Assembly (NCBI GenBank): GCA_012295275.1
Contig: CM022672.1
Span: 6,200,001-6,264,000 of the forward strand
Length of the DNA: 64,000 nucleotides
DNA from: Chrysomallon squamiferum
Taxonomy: Eukaryota; Animalia; Mollusca
Reading direction: 5' to 3'
The notes below the pieces were generated by a model, which was not told the origin of the DNA, made no database searches, and saw nothing but the letters and a program-made list of their open reading frames with translations. Below are positions 1 through 35,525 of the stretch, piece after piece (position 1 is the first letter of the stretch; the number at the start of each line of letters is the position of its first letter). A program made the translations under genes and the position numbers.

Positions 1-452
1 TAAAGGCCCTAATTTCATGATATATATTTGCTATAGGGCATGCCTATAATCCTTACTTTGACCTCGGTTTTGACTTAAGCATCTATTTTTATCTTTACTA
101 GATGTTGACGTCAAAACCGACGTAAAAAAAAAAAAAAAGTTTGTCATGGCGCGTCGGCTGTAGTTCGTAACTCGGCACATTATTCGTAAACCGAGACAAA
201 AATTGCCCAAGATCACGATTTCTTCGTGCTTCGAGGCGATCGTAACCCGAAATTCCACTGTATTTAAAAAACAAGAAGAAAACAAAAACAAAACAGTCAC
301 TTATTAGAACTGATTATCTGTTAATCATTTATCAAAAGGATTGCAACCTCTTCTTTTTCTTCTTTCTTATTATTATGATCATTTCTATGATGGGATACAA
401 TCATTAGGTTTAATATGATCATCAAATTAATAATAATTTTTTTTTTTACTGA

Positions 453-510
<58 letters not shown>
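453..510 (+). repeat. (ATT)n microsatellite directly upstream of the glutaredoxin acceptor
   Basis: Uninterrupted ATT run ending at acag|GTA. Confidence 0.95.
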
Positions 511-512
<2 letters not shown>

Positions 513-514
513 AG

Positions 515-613
515 GTACCACAACTATTTGTTGGTGGAAAATATATTGGCGGCTGGAAAGAAATACCCAGACTGCATGAAGAAGGAAAACTGCGGGAGAT
601 TCTTGATGGCTAA
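515..613 (+). CDS. Glutaredoxin-family protein, last coding exon (upstream exons not identified in the window)
   Basis: Acceptor ttacag at 513-514, then VPQLFVGGKYIGGWKEIPRLHEEGKLREILDG* with TAA at 611-613. This is the glutaredoxin (T)VPxxF...IGG...L...GKL..L signature. AATAAA motifs follow (about 661 and 996). Confidence 0.85.
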   Translation, partial: VPQLFVGGKYIGGWKEIPRLHEEGKLREILDG

Positions 614-1347
614 TTTACTTAAACATATCATTTAATGTATTTTTTGAAATATGCATATTTAATAAACAAATTCCTAATTTCAAAGAAAAGCAATCCTTAT
701 AAAGATCTTAATTAACAAAAAAAATAAATAAAAATCACCTGCCATTTAATTTCATATTAACTGGTTTTTAGATATTAGTATATTTTTTTTCTAAAAGAAA
801 AATAATATATGGCTGAATATTATAAATTGTGAAAAATTAGTTTAACTGTCAACATGAATTTACTATAAATACATTTAAGAAAAATATGTTTCAGAGCGAT
901 ATTTAAATTAAACTTTTGTGCACACTCTGTTTGTTTATTGTTAATGTTGAAATGAATTCAGTGTAAATAGTTGAACCTGTTATTTTTATTGCTGAATAAA
1001 ACATGTTACATAAAACAATTGTTTAAATTTATATACCATTAAAAATTATTTTATTTTATTATTAGTGTGTTTTGTGTGTGTGAAATACAATGTTAATTAT
1101 TATTACAAACAAACAGTAATAGTAACAACAATTCCGTGCAGTTTGGTGGTCTTTTTTCTGCCCCCTAATTGTTAATATGAAAGCACTCATAAATGATTGT
1201 ACAAATTAAAATAAATTAAATACAAAAATACTATTTGTTGTGTCTAAATTTATATTAATAAAAAATTTAAATCAACTCAATAATACCAGAATGAAAATTT
1301 TATTTACAAAAGTCCTGAAAAATGTAATAACTGAAATTTTAAAAAGT

Positions 1348-4300
1348 CTATGTTCCTTCTAATTCTAATCGCTGTCGTGTCAAATCTGCTATCTCTGCTT
1401 TTACTTCTGGTTTCAGTATCTCTTTGGCCTGTGAAATAAACAAAGGAAATGTCAGTATCAAATAAAGACTTTTTTTAACAATTTGTGCAGCTTGTAAAGT
1501 GAAACTGTTCTAATAACCTGACACAAAATTGTGAATCTTCATACAAGCTCTCACTGAACTGTAATAAAAGCACTGTGCTTACATTCACTTTCACTGAATG
1601 TGGAAACTTCAATACTTAAACCATGTAAATATTATACGCTTCAAAAACATAAAATGTTGATATATTATTTACATAACATTTCTATATGAACTGTGTACAA
1701 ACTATTTTTTTTTTCCAGTGAAGTTTGCAAAGGAACAGACAATTCAATTTGCATTGTTTGGCATGCTTTTTTTGTCAAAATATATAAACTGCAGTACTTA
1801 CACTATATTTTTGAGATGCTTCAAAGGCATAAAGAATACTGGTGTCATACAGCATCATGAGATGCTCAACAAGAGATAAAACACAGTTTGTGAGTCGTGC
1901 AATCACCTCCCGGTCTGCAGGGCTCACAGGCTGTAAAAAAATAAAAAAAAAAAAAAAAAAAATCATTTTAAATTTCATTGAGCAGAATTAGTTATCTACT
2001 TTAAATCAATACATGTTCACACTGTTGAAATTTTACTGTCATACTTCATTATTAGCAAATATTAGTAATGAAAACCACATCGAAAAATTGACTTTGAAGT
2101 CTGAAATGTATTTTATCTATTTGTACCTGTCACCATAACACATTTTAAGAATTATAAGAAACTACAGTATGTGTATATATGTCTCCTCAACAAGGCTGTT
2201 AAGTCATGGCAACTGCCTAGGGGATTCATAAGCAGAAACCCTGGCTTAATTCCCACATTCTCTGGATTTTTAACAGCTTTAGAAGTGACAGGAATTTTAT
2301 ATGATCATTATACTCTTTTAATAGTTAAGATAATTCTACTGTATATAAAATAAATGTTAGACTATTTATTGGCATTATTATAGCCACATTTTAATGTTTT
2401 TTCAGAAATGACAGTGTTTTCTCACATCAAGTTTCTGCTCATATCCTCCTGTGTTGTCTGTCTCTTCATTCACTGTGGGTGAGATCCAGATGTAGCCGTT
2501 GTTACCGAGGATGATGGAAGCTCCACAAGGTAAGTTGTGAAAGTGTGTTTTACGTCTCGTCACCAGCGATGGTGAGACCTGGAGTAATGTCCCCTGACCA
2601 AGCTGAAATAAATAAAATAAAGAAACATTTTGCTCAAGTTATGGAATAGAATTCAGTTTTTGAAAAATAATAATAATAATAAAAACTGTAAATAAATAAA
2701 TAAATAAATAAATAACATATTGAAAAAACAATGCTAACATTATAAGATATACAACTCCCCACCAAATAACTATTAAATAAAATTAATGAAAAATGACTAA
2801 CACTGGATATTTCTCTTACAGACATTATACATTTGCTTGAGTAATTCCTAATAACAATAAAATATACTAGCTTTATTTTTTTTCTCAGAGAAATGGAAAA
2901 TAAAAACATTTTTTTCACCTTTCCATATTTAAGACTTCTTGTATGAAGTGACAAACATCCATCATTCATGACATTCTGAACTTCAGCCTGACACAGTTAA
3001 AGCCAAATGTTTTTTGTAAAGATTTCTGACACAATAAAAATAGTAATTTAAAGTTTACGTTTTAAGTACGAGTCAGATTAATGTTAATATTAATTTACAA
3101 CATAAGCTGAATGTGATGCAGAAATTTCTAGTAAATGCTCAGAATTATTTTGGTGGAATTAACATATTTAACCAAATATTGTTATCGTGTTAACACAGTA
3201 TGGAAACAGGATTTGATTAAAGTAACTGATAACTTACAAGACAGTGACACTCTAAAAATATTAACTTCAATAAAAAGAACTGTTAACTTCAGTATAAGAA
3301 AGATTTTCAAAACACACTGAAACTGAGTCCGTGGTATGTGCAATAAATGAAGGCATAAAGTCTTCTAAATGGTTAATGTTTTTAATTCAAAACACCAGTA
3401 ATGGTTTAGTAAAAGAATGTGTTGTTAAGGATACGCTGATAAGGTCACCTTCTTTGAGATAATGTCTCATCATCTTTTCATCTTCCTCTGATCTTCGTCT
3501 CTGAAAATAAATTATAGCATTTGTTTATTTGATGTAAAAAAACAAATTATAATAATAATAATACAATATAAATAAAGATTAAGAACAAACTGTGTCTATT
3601 AAACAAGAACATGTCAACTTCTTACATACATATTTTGAGGTGAGTACTGTCTGCATGGGGAAATCAAAATAGTGATGAAATATAATGTACTCAAGAGACA
3701 AAATTAGTTGTTATATAAACTTCTAATATAAATTTCAGAAATAAATTTAAATTATCTTTTGAAAAACATTCAATTTATAACAAATGTTCATTCTTCTAAA
3801 TGAAATAAACAACATACTTTTTTATATAAGGTGTAAGGAAAGACAACTCACAAGTTCCCCTCCTGGGAGATTTACTGAAGACAACATCAAAATTGAGTCG
3901 AGTTTAGAATGAGTTTCCACTTTCCATTTGCGCTGACAAACTTCAAGTATTCTGCCAATTACTACATCCCCAACTTCTCCATTATATCTGACGATACAAT
4001 ATTTCAAAATCAAACGTGACAAACATCCAAGTATTTGTTACAAGAAATAAGGTTTTCAACTGATCCACAAATAACGAACCTACAATCTTAAAACTGTATT
4101 TTGTGGCACATCAGCCATATTTAAAGTTGTACTCTAAAACTTGATATATTTAAATATGTGTGTTGCCGATTATAGTGTGATATATTTTGTTGTATTACTT
4201 TATGTACTTTATAAAAGTGGATTCATTTTCATATTTAAACATTTTTAAATCTAAATATAATATACCTTGTTTTAAGAGGTTTCACGGAGATCAGTTTATT

Positions 4301-4687
4301 GACATGTTGAACTATTCCAGCTACCGAAGCATGCAGTTTTTCTTCATCCATGTAAGTGCCATGACCACTGAAATAAGAGGAACAATAGGAACATTATAAA
4401 GAAACATAAGACAGAAAAAATCACTACATTATTGATTCAACAAACAAACTATAAATATAATATAATATTATAAATATAATATAAAAGACAGCCGCTCAGT
4501 CAGTAATTGACTGAACTGGATAGCACTATAAGAAAATTATTACATAAATTAAAAAATCATCACACCGCATAAAACCGGAGTCAGCTGTTATTATATCACC
4601 AGGAGTAACGAGGTTATTAATTTCATCGTCTTGTGAGGATTTTTCTCTTCCACGTGCACTAGGCAAACGAATGTCAACATCCGCCAT
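1348..4687 (-). CDS. EXOSC2: Exosome complex component RRP4 (EXOSC2), complete, 8 coding exons, 293 aa
   Basis: Exons 4687-4566, 4367-4266, 3987-3852, 3500-3435, 2987-2919, 2602-2426, 1930-1802, 1428-1348 total 882 nt. All introns are GT-AG and the frame stays open. Motifs LVTPGD, GFMRGHGTY, RYNGEVGDVVIGRI, LSSVNLPGGELRRRSEEDE, SLHTRSLKYGKL, RRKTHFHNLPCGASIILGNNGYIWI are diagnostic of RRP4. Confidence 0.97.
2988..3434 (-). other. U12-type (minor spliceosome) GT-AG intron in EXOSC2
   Basis: 5' end AGC|GTATCCTTAAC. 3' end TTGGCTTTAACTGTGTCAG|GCT, with a U12-like branch site close to the AG and no polypyrimidine tract. Confidence 0.9.
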
Positions 4688-5442
4688 TTTTCTTTCCTTA
4701 CTACATTCCACCTCTTTTTGGCATTCTCAGTTTTTGTTTCTGTGGTTTCTGAATTTTAAATTAAAATGTTGGTTTGTTTGATTGTTTATTTAGATTTTTA
4801 GAATATTTATTAACTACTGTGTATGTATATTATTGAAAAATATTTAGAAATGATTTCTTTATTTATTCTGTGAAACAATATTTGCATACACAAATTTGAA
4901 ACTAGTCATAGAATGAGAATTTATATCAAAAATGTTTAAATAAGAATTCTTTATAAACTTCCATATTTTTAGATTACATTTTACTGCTATAAAAATTAAT
5001 ATAATGGAAATTTTAAAACATTTTCATTTTATTTATTATATTTATAATTTACTAATTCTCGTTTTAATGTTGTGATTTTTTTGTTGTTGTTGTTGTTGTT
5101 GTTGTTCGTTGTTGTTTTTTTACTTTTTTTTTTTTTGGGGGGGGGTAAATACGTTACTCTAAAAGTGAATACCGAAATAATAAAATTAAGCAAATTATTT
5201 TAACATATTTATTTATTTATTTATTTATTTATTGGTATAATTTACTGGTTAATTAAATATTCTAATGGGATTTTTATATCATGCGTTTAATATACTAACT
5301 TCAATATGTTAATTTTCTGCAGCATGTAATAGTGTAAGTTGTTTTAAAAACATGGGATAACTCCGACAGAATGTTAGTGAACGTGCCGTGTTATGTTATG
5401 TGAAACGACAGTAATCTCCCTTTAATATTTTAATTGTTCAGA
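4688..5442. promoter_or_regulatory. Probable bidirectional promoter / 5' region shared by EXOSC2 and the TMEM141-like gene
   Basis: Head-to-head ATGs about 755 bp apart. A YY1-like AAAATGGCGG overlaps the EXOSC2 start codon. The acceptor-like ttgttcag just before the TMEM141 ATG implies a non-coding first exon inside this interval. Confidence 0.6.
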
Positions 5443-5977
5443 ATGGATCATTCTCAAGTAATTGAAAAAGCTAAAGCTGCAGAAGCGTATGTAACAGAGA
5501 CATTTCCGGTATGTTTTGGATATTTTATTTACTTTTATATGTATTAAAATTTTGGAATCCAATGCCAAACGATCTTTAATCTAAAATGCAATTTATTTCA
5601 TCAGAATCTAGATGCTAAGTCGCCTTCGGTTTAACTCGTCTCTTTCCGTCATTTTGTTGTTGCAGAATCTGAGTTAATCGCCTGATAAAACTACAATACA
5701 TGTTCCTCGAAACGAATTAACTAATTCAGCTTTTTCACATTTAAAACCTAAGAGGAAATCTTTATTGTATTTTAAAACTAAAACCTTCAATGTCGTTGTT
5801 TCTTATTCTTTTTGTATCAGTGACTATTAATAACTGTAAACAGGGTAAATTGATCTCCCTTTAATTTACCAATCTCGACCAGTGTTAAACAGTAGACTGA
5901 GATAACTTTTTATTTGCTTTTATCTGTTGAAATAATGTTTTTTTCCAGATCCCCTCTAACAAAACACAACCAAACTG

Positions 5978-6067
<90 letters not shown>

Positions 6068-7695
6068 AAAATAAATAACCAAGAAGCTTCCTTTTTAAAT
6101 GGAATTTGTTTTCACTCAATTATCAGCGGGTTCTTCCGAGTGAAAATTACTTAAATGGCAATAACCCTGTATATCCACACAATGTCTAATTCATGAATAG
6201 TGTAATAAAGTTGAATCTGGAGAAATTGGATAGATGTTTCTTGATTTATTATTTCTTCCTTCAGATAATATGTACACCACTAAGAATGAATTAACATTAT
6301 TGAGTGAGTGTGTATGTGTGTGTTTGCATGTGTACATATATAATAAATAAATCAAACTAAAATTTGATTAAGTTTCCACTTATTCAGTTCTTCAGGAACA
6401 GTTCTAGGATTCAGATCAAATGACGTTAAATTTGACTGAATAATACAGCAATTTTTTTAAAATTATTTATTACTACAGTTATTATTTTATTCATAAATTA
6501 TATTAGTATTATTAGTTCATATATTTCATGATCAAGGTAAAGAATTTATGGTACTAGATAATTTTTTAAAAGGTAGTTAAATTTTATGTATTTCAGAACA
6601 TTAGGTGAGTTGTAAATATAACTGATGTTGTTGTTGTTGTTGATAGTTTTTCAAGGAGTACAGAGCATGTCAACAAAAAGCAGTCACAAAAGCATCAGCA
6701 GCGCTCGTTACAGGTAAATGTGAAATAAAGTCAAACTAAATATTTTGTAAAAACATGAACATTTTTTTGAAAGAAAAACTTTTTTTTTTTTTTTTTTTTT
6801 TTAAATTATTTTTTTAATAAATATTAACACTTCATGAATAGAATATGAAGTTAAACTTTTCAGATATAAAAATGTAGCTAATTAGAAAAATAATTTCTAC
6901 CTCTTTCTGTAAATCATGAAGTTATTTGCTATGACCTAAAATTGCAGAAAAGTATTTAATTAAATATATTTTTTATTCTATATGTGAAAAAAAACCTTTA
7001 TCTGTCTTTTAAAAAAAGTGGTATTAGTTTTTTAATTGAATATATAATGAAATATAAATAATCATTTTTTTACTTTTTATCATTTTTAAAAATGGTTTTC
7101 TTCTTTCTTTGACTCAGTTGGAAGTGGGGTGTACATACTGCAGGAACTTTTCAAACGTAAACTGCCGTATGAGAGAACTGCATTCTTGGTGCTGCCCATT
7201 TTGTTAGGCACTGTGGCTGCGTATTCAGTGACTATGTACGAGTCAAAGATTTGTCAACACATGTGGATGGCCCTGGAAGAAAAACATTCAGCTCTGACAC
7301 CAGTGCAAGGTGTGTTGTTTTAAATATTTAGTTAATATGGATATTTTATTTGTAAAGCTTTCCATTACTTTTAAACATACAGTACAAGACTATAGTATAT
7401 CATATGCATATGTAATTTTTTTTTTTTTTTTTTTTATTAAGTCAAGAAAATTATTGAATCAAAAAATACTAAGGAAAATCACACACTTTTCTTTTGGCAG
7501 GTTCCAATATTAAAATATTAAAAAAATAAATATTAAAAATATTTAAAAAAACAAATTAAAAATAAATAAAACATAAAATCATACCAGATATTAAGAGTGT
7601 TCAGAGAAAAAGGGATAATTTAAACAAAATGTTTTTTTTTTTTTTTTTTGTTTTTTCTAGAGAGGAAGAAAGAAATTGCTGAAGCAGAATACTGA
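5443..7695 (+). CDS. TMEM141: TMEM141-like small membrane protein, 4 coding exons, 119 aa
   Basis: Exons 5443-5508, 6647-6713, 7118-7309, 7661-7695 total 360 nt, GT-AG, in frame: MDHSQVIEKAKAAEAYVTETFP/FFKEYRACQQKAVTKASAALVT/VGSGVYILQELFKRKLPYERTAFLVLPILLGTVAAYSVTMYESKICQHMWMALEEKHSALTPVQ/ERKKEIAEAEY*. It resembles TMEM141 motifs as I recall them (EYxACQ, RKxPY, YxVT..ES..C..xW..LE). Confidence 0.8.
5979..6064 (+). repeat. (CA)n microsatellite
   Basis: Pure AC run in TMEM141 intron 1. Confidence 0.97.
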
Positions 7696-8795
7696 GAGAG
7701 AAAAACACAAATAACTACGCATCTGTGTCAGACTGTATTTTTTTTTTTTTTCTTCTTCTGTGGTTTTATTTAACCTTTTCAACCGTAGACTTTTGTGTGA
7801 TAGTGTCAAGACTGCAAGATGAATGGTACTGTTAATTTTGCTAGAAAGCAGCACAGTGAAAGAATGTTTTAGCATGCTGTTCATGGGTTGGTGTCAGTAC
7901 TAACATTAATTAACTCCAATTGTACGTATGGCTGATTACAAGAAGATTTATATTTACATACTGTTTTCTTAGTGGTCATTTTGGATGTTTTGATATTATT
8001 AGACTGGAAAAAATTTTTTTTTTTTTTTTTAATTATTAAATATTAAATTATACACCCATTTATTTTACATTTTAGTATCTTTTAATGTTGATAATTTTTT
8101 ACTTTTATTTAAGAATTAAAGATTGTAAAGGTTATTATAAAATGTTCATAGTGCTTAATATTATTCAGTTTATTAATGTCTTAAATTGTGCATTTAGTTT
8201 TTTCTTTCAGTCAGATAAACAAATGGGTGATAAGAATTCTGTATATATGTGTATTTTTAGTAACAAATAATTTTGCAACTGCAGTTGGAAATTGTGATAA
8301 ACAAAATAAAAAGATTTTGCCATTTGTTTTTCTTTTTACGTTAACAAATGTATTGTTATTCGTTAATTTATTTATTTATTTTATACATGTATTTCAGCAC
8401 AAGAACATTGACAATTTCAATTTATATATTCGCACCGGTATTTTAATGTCAGTCTACTAAAAATTATAACCAAAGAGTTTTCTGAACCACTAATCCAAGT
8501 GATACATAAAAACTGGATAAAAATGTCTCAATTTTAGATCCTAATAAAAACATAATATTAAACTGTGAAACATATTTTATTGTTACAGTAGTAAGAAAAA
8601 TTACATTGTACATAAATATACAATACGTAATACAATATACAAGTACAACGATGAGTAATTATATATGTATAACATTAAAAAAAAGACACTATAGTCTTTA
8701 TAAACATATTTTAAAAAAATAATAAAAATAAATGTTTTCAGATTGCACATACAGAAATGGAATGATTACAGAAGGCATAAGTGACTACATTCTAT

Positions 8796-9218
8796 GCTGT
8801 AACCAAATTCACTTCTGGGTGGGATGTTACATGTCACAAGATCCAATCTTTACTGTGTATTCATTTTATTTTTCACAGTTCTGATAACTGTTGTTTTTCA
8901 AAAAGGTAACATTTTTCAGTTTATGGGGAAAGAAGCTTTAAAAATATTTTTTATGGCTTATATTAGCAAGGCTTTCCTCCCTTCATTTTTTAAAACTTTA
9001 TTTGTTTTTAATTTATATTTTACTTATAAATTTATAAATATTTATTTTTAATTTTACACAGGATTTGAATGCATGTGTCTTTGTGTATGTTTATGCATTT
9101 AACTATTTAATTATTTATTTTTTTTATTTTTTTTATTTTTTTTTGAGGGAGAGAACATTTTATATCTTATGAAACTAAAATCTATATTGATAATTAACAA
9201 AGTGGATTTGGTTACAGC
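8796..9218. mobile_element. Candidate MITE (about 423 bp) with 19-bp terminal inverted repeats
   Basis: GCTGTAACCAAATTCACTT (8796-8814) and AAGTGGATTTGGTTACAGC (9200-9218) are 18/19 complementary. Flanks are TAT and TAA. The same terminus CTGTAACCAAATT recurs at 25632-25644. Confidence 0.55.
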
Positions 9219-12200
9219 TAACAATTTCCTTTATCACACATGACCACTGCTAGACATCCACCTGGATATAATCTCTTTCTCAAGTCACAGGAGTCATAAA
9301 ATTTACAAATCAGAGGGGGAAAAATCAGCCTGAAAATCTGATAAAAATCTCGTACAATATAATCAACATTAAACTACTTTGATCCTTTGCATAATAACAC
9401 TTGTAAACAAATTTGAATATCACAAAGCAGTACCAAGATTGCTTTAAACTGCATAATAATAATAATATGAAGTAAAAAAACAAATCAAATATTTTTATGT
9501 AGAAAAAATAATAATCTGCTTTTTAATAATCATTTTCTTCAAAAGTTGCTTTAATTTATATTTAAAAAAACAAAAAGGATTAAAGAATCTTTATATATAT
9601 ATATAAAAATCTATAATAATCTGTTTAGCATTTCTAAAAAGAAAAACCTATAAAAGACATCTATTTTTGTCTCTCTTGAATAGAATAGTATATAACTAAC
9701 AAATAAACTATTCTCTGATTAAAAGCAAAGACTACATGAAATACTAAATAATAAAATTTCTGTAACAGGACTGTTTATTGTAATAAAATTGCTCAAACGA
9801 TGCAATCAGAACAAAGAAAAGGAAGGTAATATGCCCATACAGATATTAAATGTTTCAAAACTACAATTTACTTATTATAATATCAAATAGTATTAACACT
9901 TTATATTAATATGAATGCGATAACAGTTGGTTAATAACCTTAATCACCTTTTGATTAAACCCATTGTTTCCTGAATATTTACAATTTTATATGATCATGA
10001 TTAAAAATATTATAAACTGGTATTCAGTTTAACACAGTGTAACAAAATATTACCAACAGTAAGATATTTTTCTAAAATAATAATAGAAAAACTAATGGTA
10101 TACATATGGATATACATATTTATGAAAACAGCAATAAAGGTGTAAATTGGCATATCTTATGTACATCTTCAATCAACAAAGAAAAATTACTTATAACCAA
10201 ACACCCAAACCAGCTGTGCTCTCAAAAGTACAAGAATTCTAGAAAATTAAACTGTCAAAATAAAAGTTGCCAGACTAGTATTACAAATAAAATTAGTTCT
10301 CAAGAAAGCTCACAGGCCCCCAAAAATTAAAACATTCAAATTAAATTCCAAGTAAAATGTAAATAAATCAGATCTTGAAATTTAACGTTGAAATAAAAAT
10401 CAAGATATGTTACTTTTCCAAAATGGGGAAAAAAGAAATGAAAGGTGAAATATGTGAATGTACTTGATAATGGGTCTAAAATACGTAAGGCTTTGTTTGA
10501 AAACACCTCAAAAGCAAAAAAATGATAAATACATATTCAATGTACATGCATATTCTAACAAAACATGAAACAACATTGTCCAAATTGGATAAATGTATTG
10601 AATCATTCTTTTGCAAGTATACAGTTTACCAAGATAATGAAGTTAAATCCTTTCTCCATATAATGATGTCAGTTAACATTACATTAAGTTTTTCTAATCC
10701 AGCACAATTATGGGTTTATGTAAAAAGATATTTAAAAAGGATCACAGATGTCATGTTAGTTTCTGATCACTATTGATACGGGTCCACAAAAGGCCCCAAA
10801 AATAGCAGAAACAAAGGCTTTGTTTTGTGAATAACACTGAGGTATAATTTAAAATGGTAATAATAATAAATAAACCCTGTTGAACAAAGAATTCTGAACA
10901 AAACAATGAGACAGCTTCATGTGTAATTGTATCCCTAAAAACTTAGAAAGTAGACATATCCTAGCCCGTACTTCAGATCATGTATCTGCTACATTTTTGG
11001 TGCATCAAAGCTTTTCTTCAACCTTATAATAAAAACTAATTTTATTTTGAGTGTGAAGTTTCTGACAATCAGCCCTGTATGTATTTATAATTTAAAAATG
11101 TTTTCAGATCGTGTTGATGGGACAACATTGAAATGTATAAAAATGAACAATGAATGCATGCAATGCCAATTACAGGTTTAAATTATCCACTGATAAAGAT
11201 ATACATACACACAATACATAGACATATACATGTAAGAGATTCACATAATTTTAAGTATAATTTTAAAAATATTATTTTCATTCCTAGTTCATATTACAAA
11301 AAAATTTACACAAGAAATCTTTAAAAAAGAAAATAAACAATAATAACCATTTAATAGCTTTTAAACTTTAACGAATCCAAATAATACAGTTTCATAAAAC
11401 AAAAACATTAACATTTTATACAATAATTTAAAAAAAAATAAATATCTCAGGTCACAAATTAACTTTTTTCAAAATGTGATTGTCATAAATTTAAAAGGAC
11501 TGTTTTACAACCAAGGCCCCAATATAATGAGCTATGTGACTTTTTCAGTCTTCAGTAACATTTAATATATTCTTTTATAAATATAAATTTAATTTAAAAA
11601 AGAAATCACATATATTTCTTACTGATTTTATGAAAGGCACTTTCTTCAGTTCAGTATAAACATGAAGAATAACTGTACAGAAGGGTGTTTTTAGCTAAAC
11701 AGTGTTACACATATAATAACCATTATTAATATAAATTTAAAATAAAATATTCAATCAAAATACAAAACAACCTGAAATAGGAAAATAATCTTCACAGTTT
11801 TTCAAATAAAAAAAAAAATGTATAAAGTTATGAATGTTAAGAAATGCCTATCATCGCCAATTTGTTTTCTGTTTTTGTTAAATATGATAAAACTAAGGGT
11901 TAACAAACTCCTCAAATTGTGTTCTTTTTCACAACCCAAATGTAATAAATAATATCACTCAAACCTACGTTTCTATTTAATTTATCAATTAATAAATAAT
12001 AAAAATAAAACCAAAAGAAAGAATCTGAAAGCTAATTTAAAACATGAATTCTGTTGGACAAAGATGGATTCTTTTAGGCTTGGTTTCTAAAAGATATAAT
12101 GTATGTTTGTTTTTCTTCATACATTCGTTCGTTCATTCATTCATTCATTCATTTGTTCATTTTGTTTTGTTTTATTTTATTTTATTTATTTATTTGGCTT

Positions 12201-12759
12201 TGAAATCATGACAAAAAATAAGAAAGATAAAGAAGGATCGTGTGACCTTTGAATTGCAGCACAAATTCAAAATTAAAAAAATAATAATTAGCTATTTATC
12301 ATCAGCTGTTTTTTAATTTCATACATAAGTTTTAATATACAGTACTATTTTTATATCTTTTAAGCATTTCAAAATTAAAAACATCCAATTTTTCAGAAGC
12401 AGACCCTATTTTATAAGGAAAATAGTAATAAAAAATATAATAGCAATAAATCTTACTATTAAACTGAGTAATTTGTATATCATGGTTTTTCAAAATCAAA
12501 TTCTATGTTTATGTTAAGCAGGATACAATAAAGAATGATGTAATTTGTAAAATTAAATATAAAATAAAAATTAATAAACTGGAGGAAATGTTAAGGTAGT
12601 TTTTAATTCAGTCAAATGTCATTTAGTCTATTAATGGTCTGTTGGATTCCTAATGAAACCAAATGGTATCATAACTAAATAATAATAATAATAATATCAA
12701 TAAAAAATTAGAAACATATGTCAAATATAAATTTTTCACTACTTTATATATCATTATAA

Positions 12760-12900
12760 TTAATCTGATGATCGTGTTAAACCCTAATAATCGTATATCA
12801 TTATTAAATATAATGAGCATTGGTCATAATTAAACCTAACGATCGTTTGTCATCATTAAACTAGACGATCCCGTTATCATTCAACATGATGTGCATTTGA
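12760..12900. repeat. Degenerate ~24-bp minisatellite just 3' of the copy A stop codon
   Basis: Recurring units resembling cattaaacctgatgatcgtttgt, about 5-6 diverged copies. Confidence 0.55.
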
Positions 12901-12944
12901 TGGCCGCACCATTAAGCTAGTTGTTGACAGTTTTACAGTTTGAA

Positions 12945-35230
<22,286 letters not shown>

Positions 35231-35489
35231 CACATGTAATTAAACTATCCAGATGATGCCCAATATACTCCTGTTTTATTTTAAACGCTAGAAGCGAATT
35301 TGTGACACTTTAACTAATCTACAGGTACAGGTAATTCAACAGTGAGCTACGCTTCCTTGTTGAAAGCAATCTATTGTTTGGAAATATCAGTATCCGTGAG
35401 TCGCCGATGATTGCCGATTTTCTACGACAATATACGAAAATGCCCGAACCACACGATGTATTTCAAACTGAGGCAAAGAGTTTTTTTTT

Positions 35490-35525
<36 letters not shown>

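Noticed and set aside
850-980. Possible SECIS element in the glutaredoxin 3' UTR (ATGA...AA...GA)
   Set aside because: I could not form a convincing stem with the closing GA quartet, and no in-frame TGA is visible in the window.
4688-4711. N-terminal extension MECSKERK of EXOSC2 in the ORF track
   Set aside because: It starts at GTG. The ATG at 4687 has a strong AAAATGG context and gives the expected protein length.
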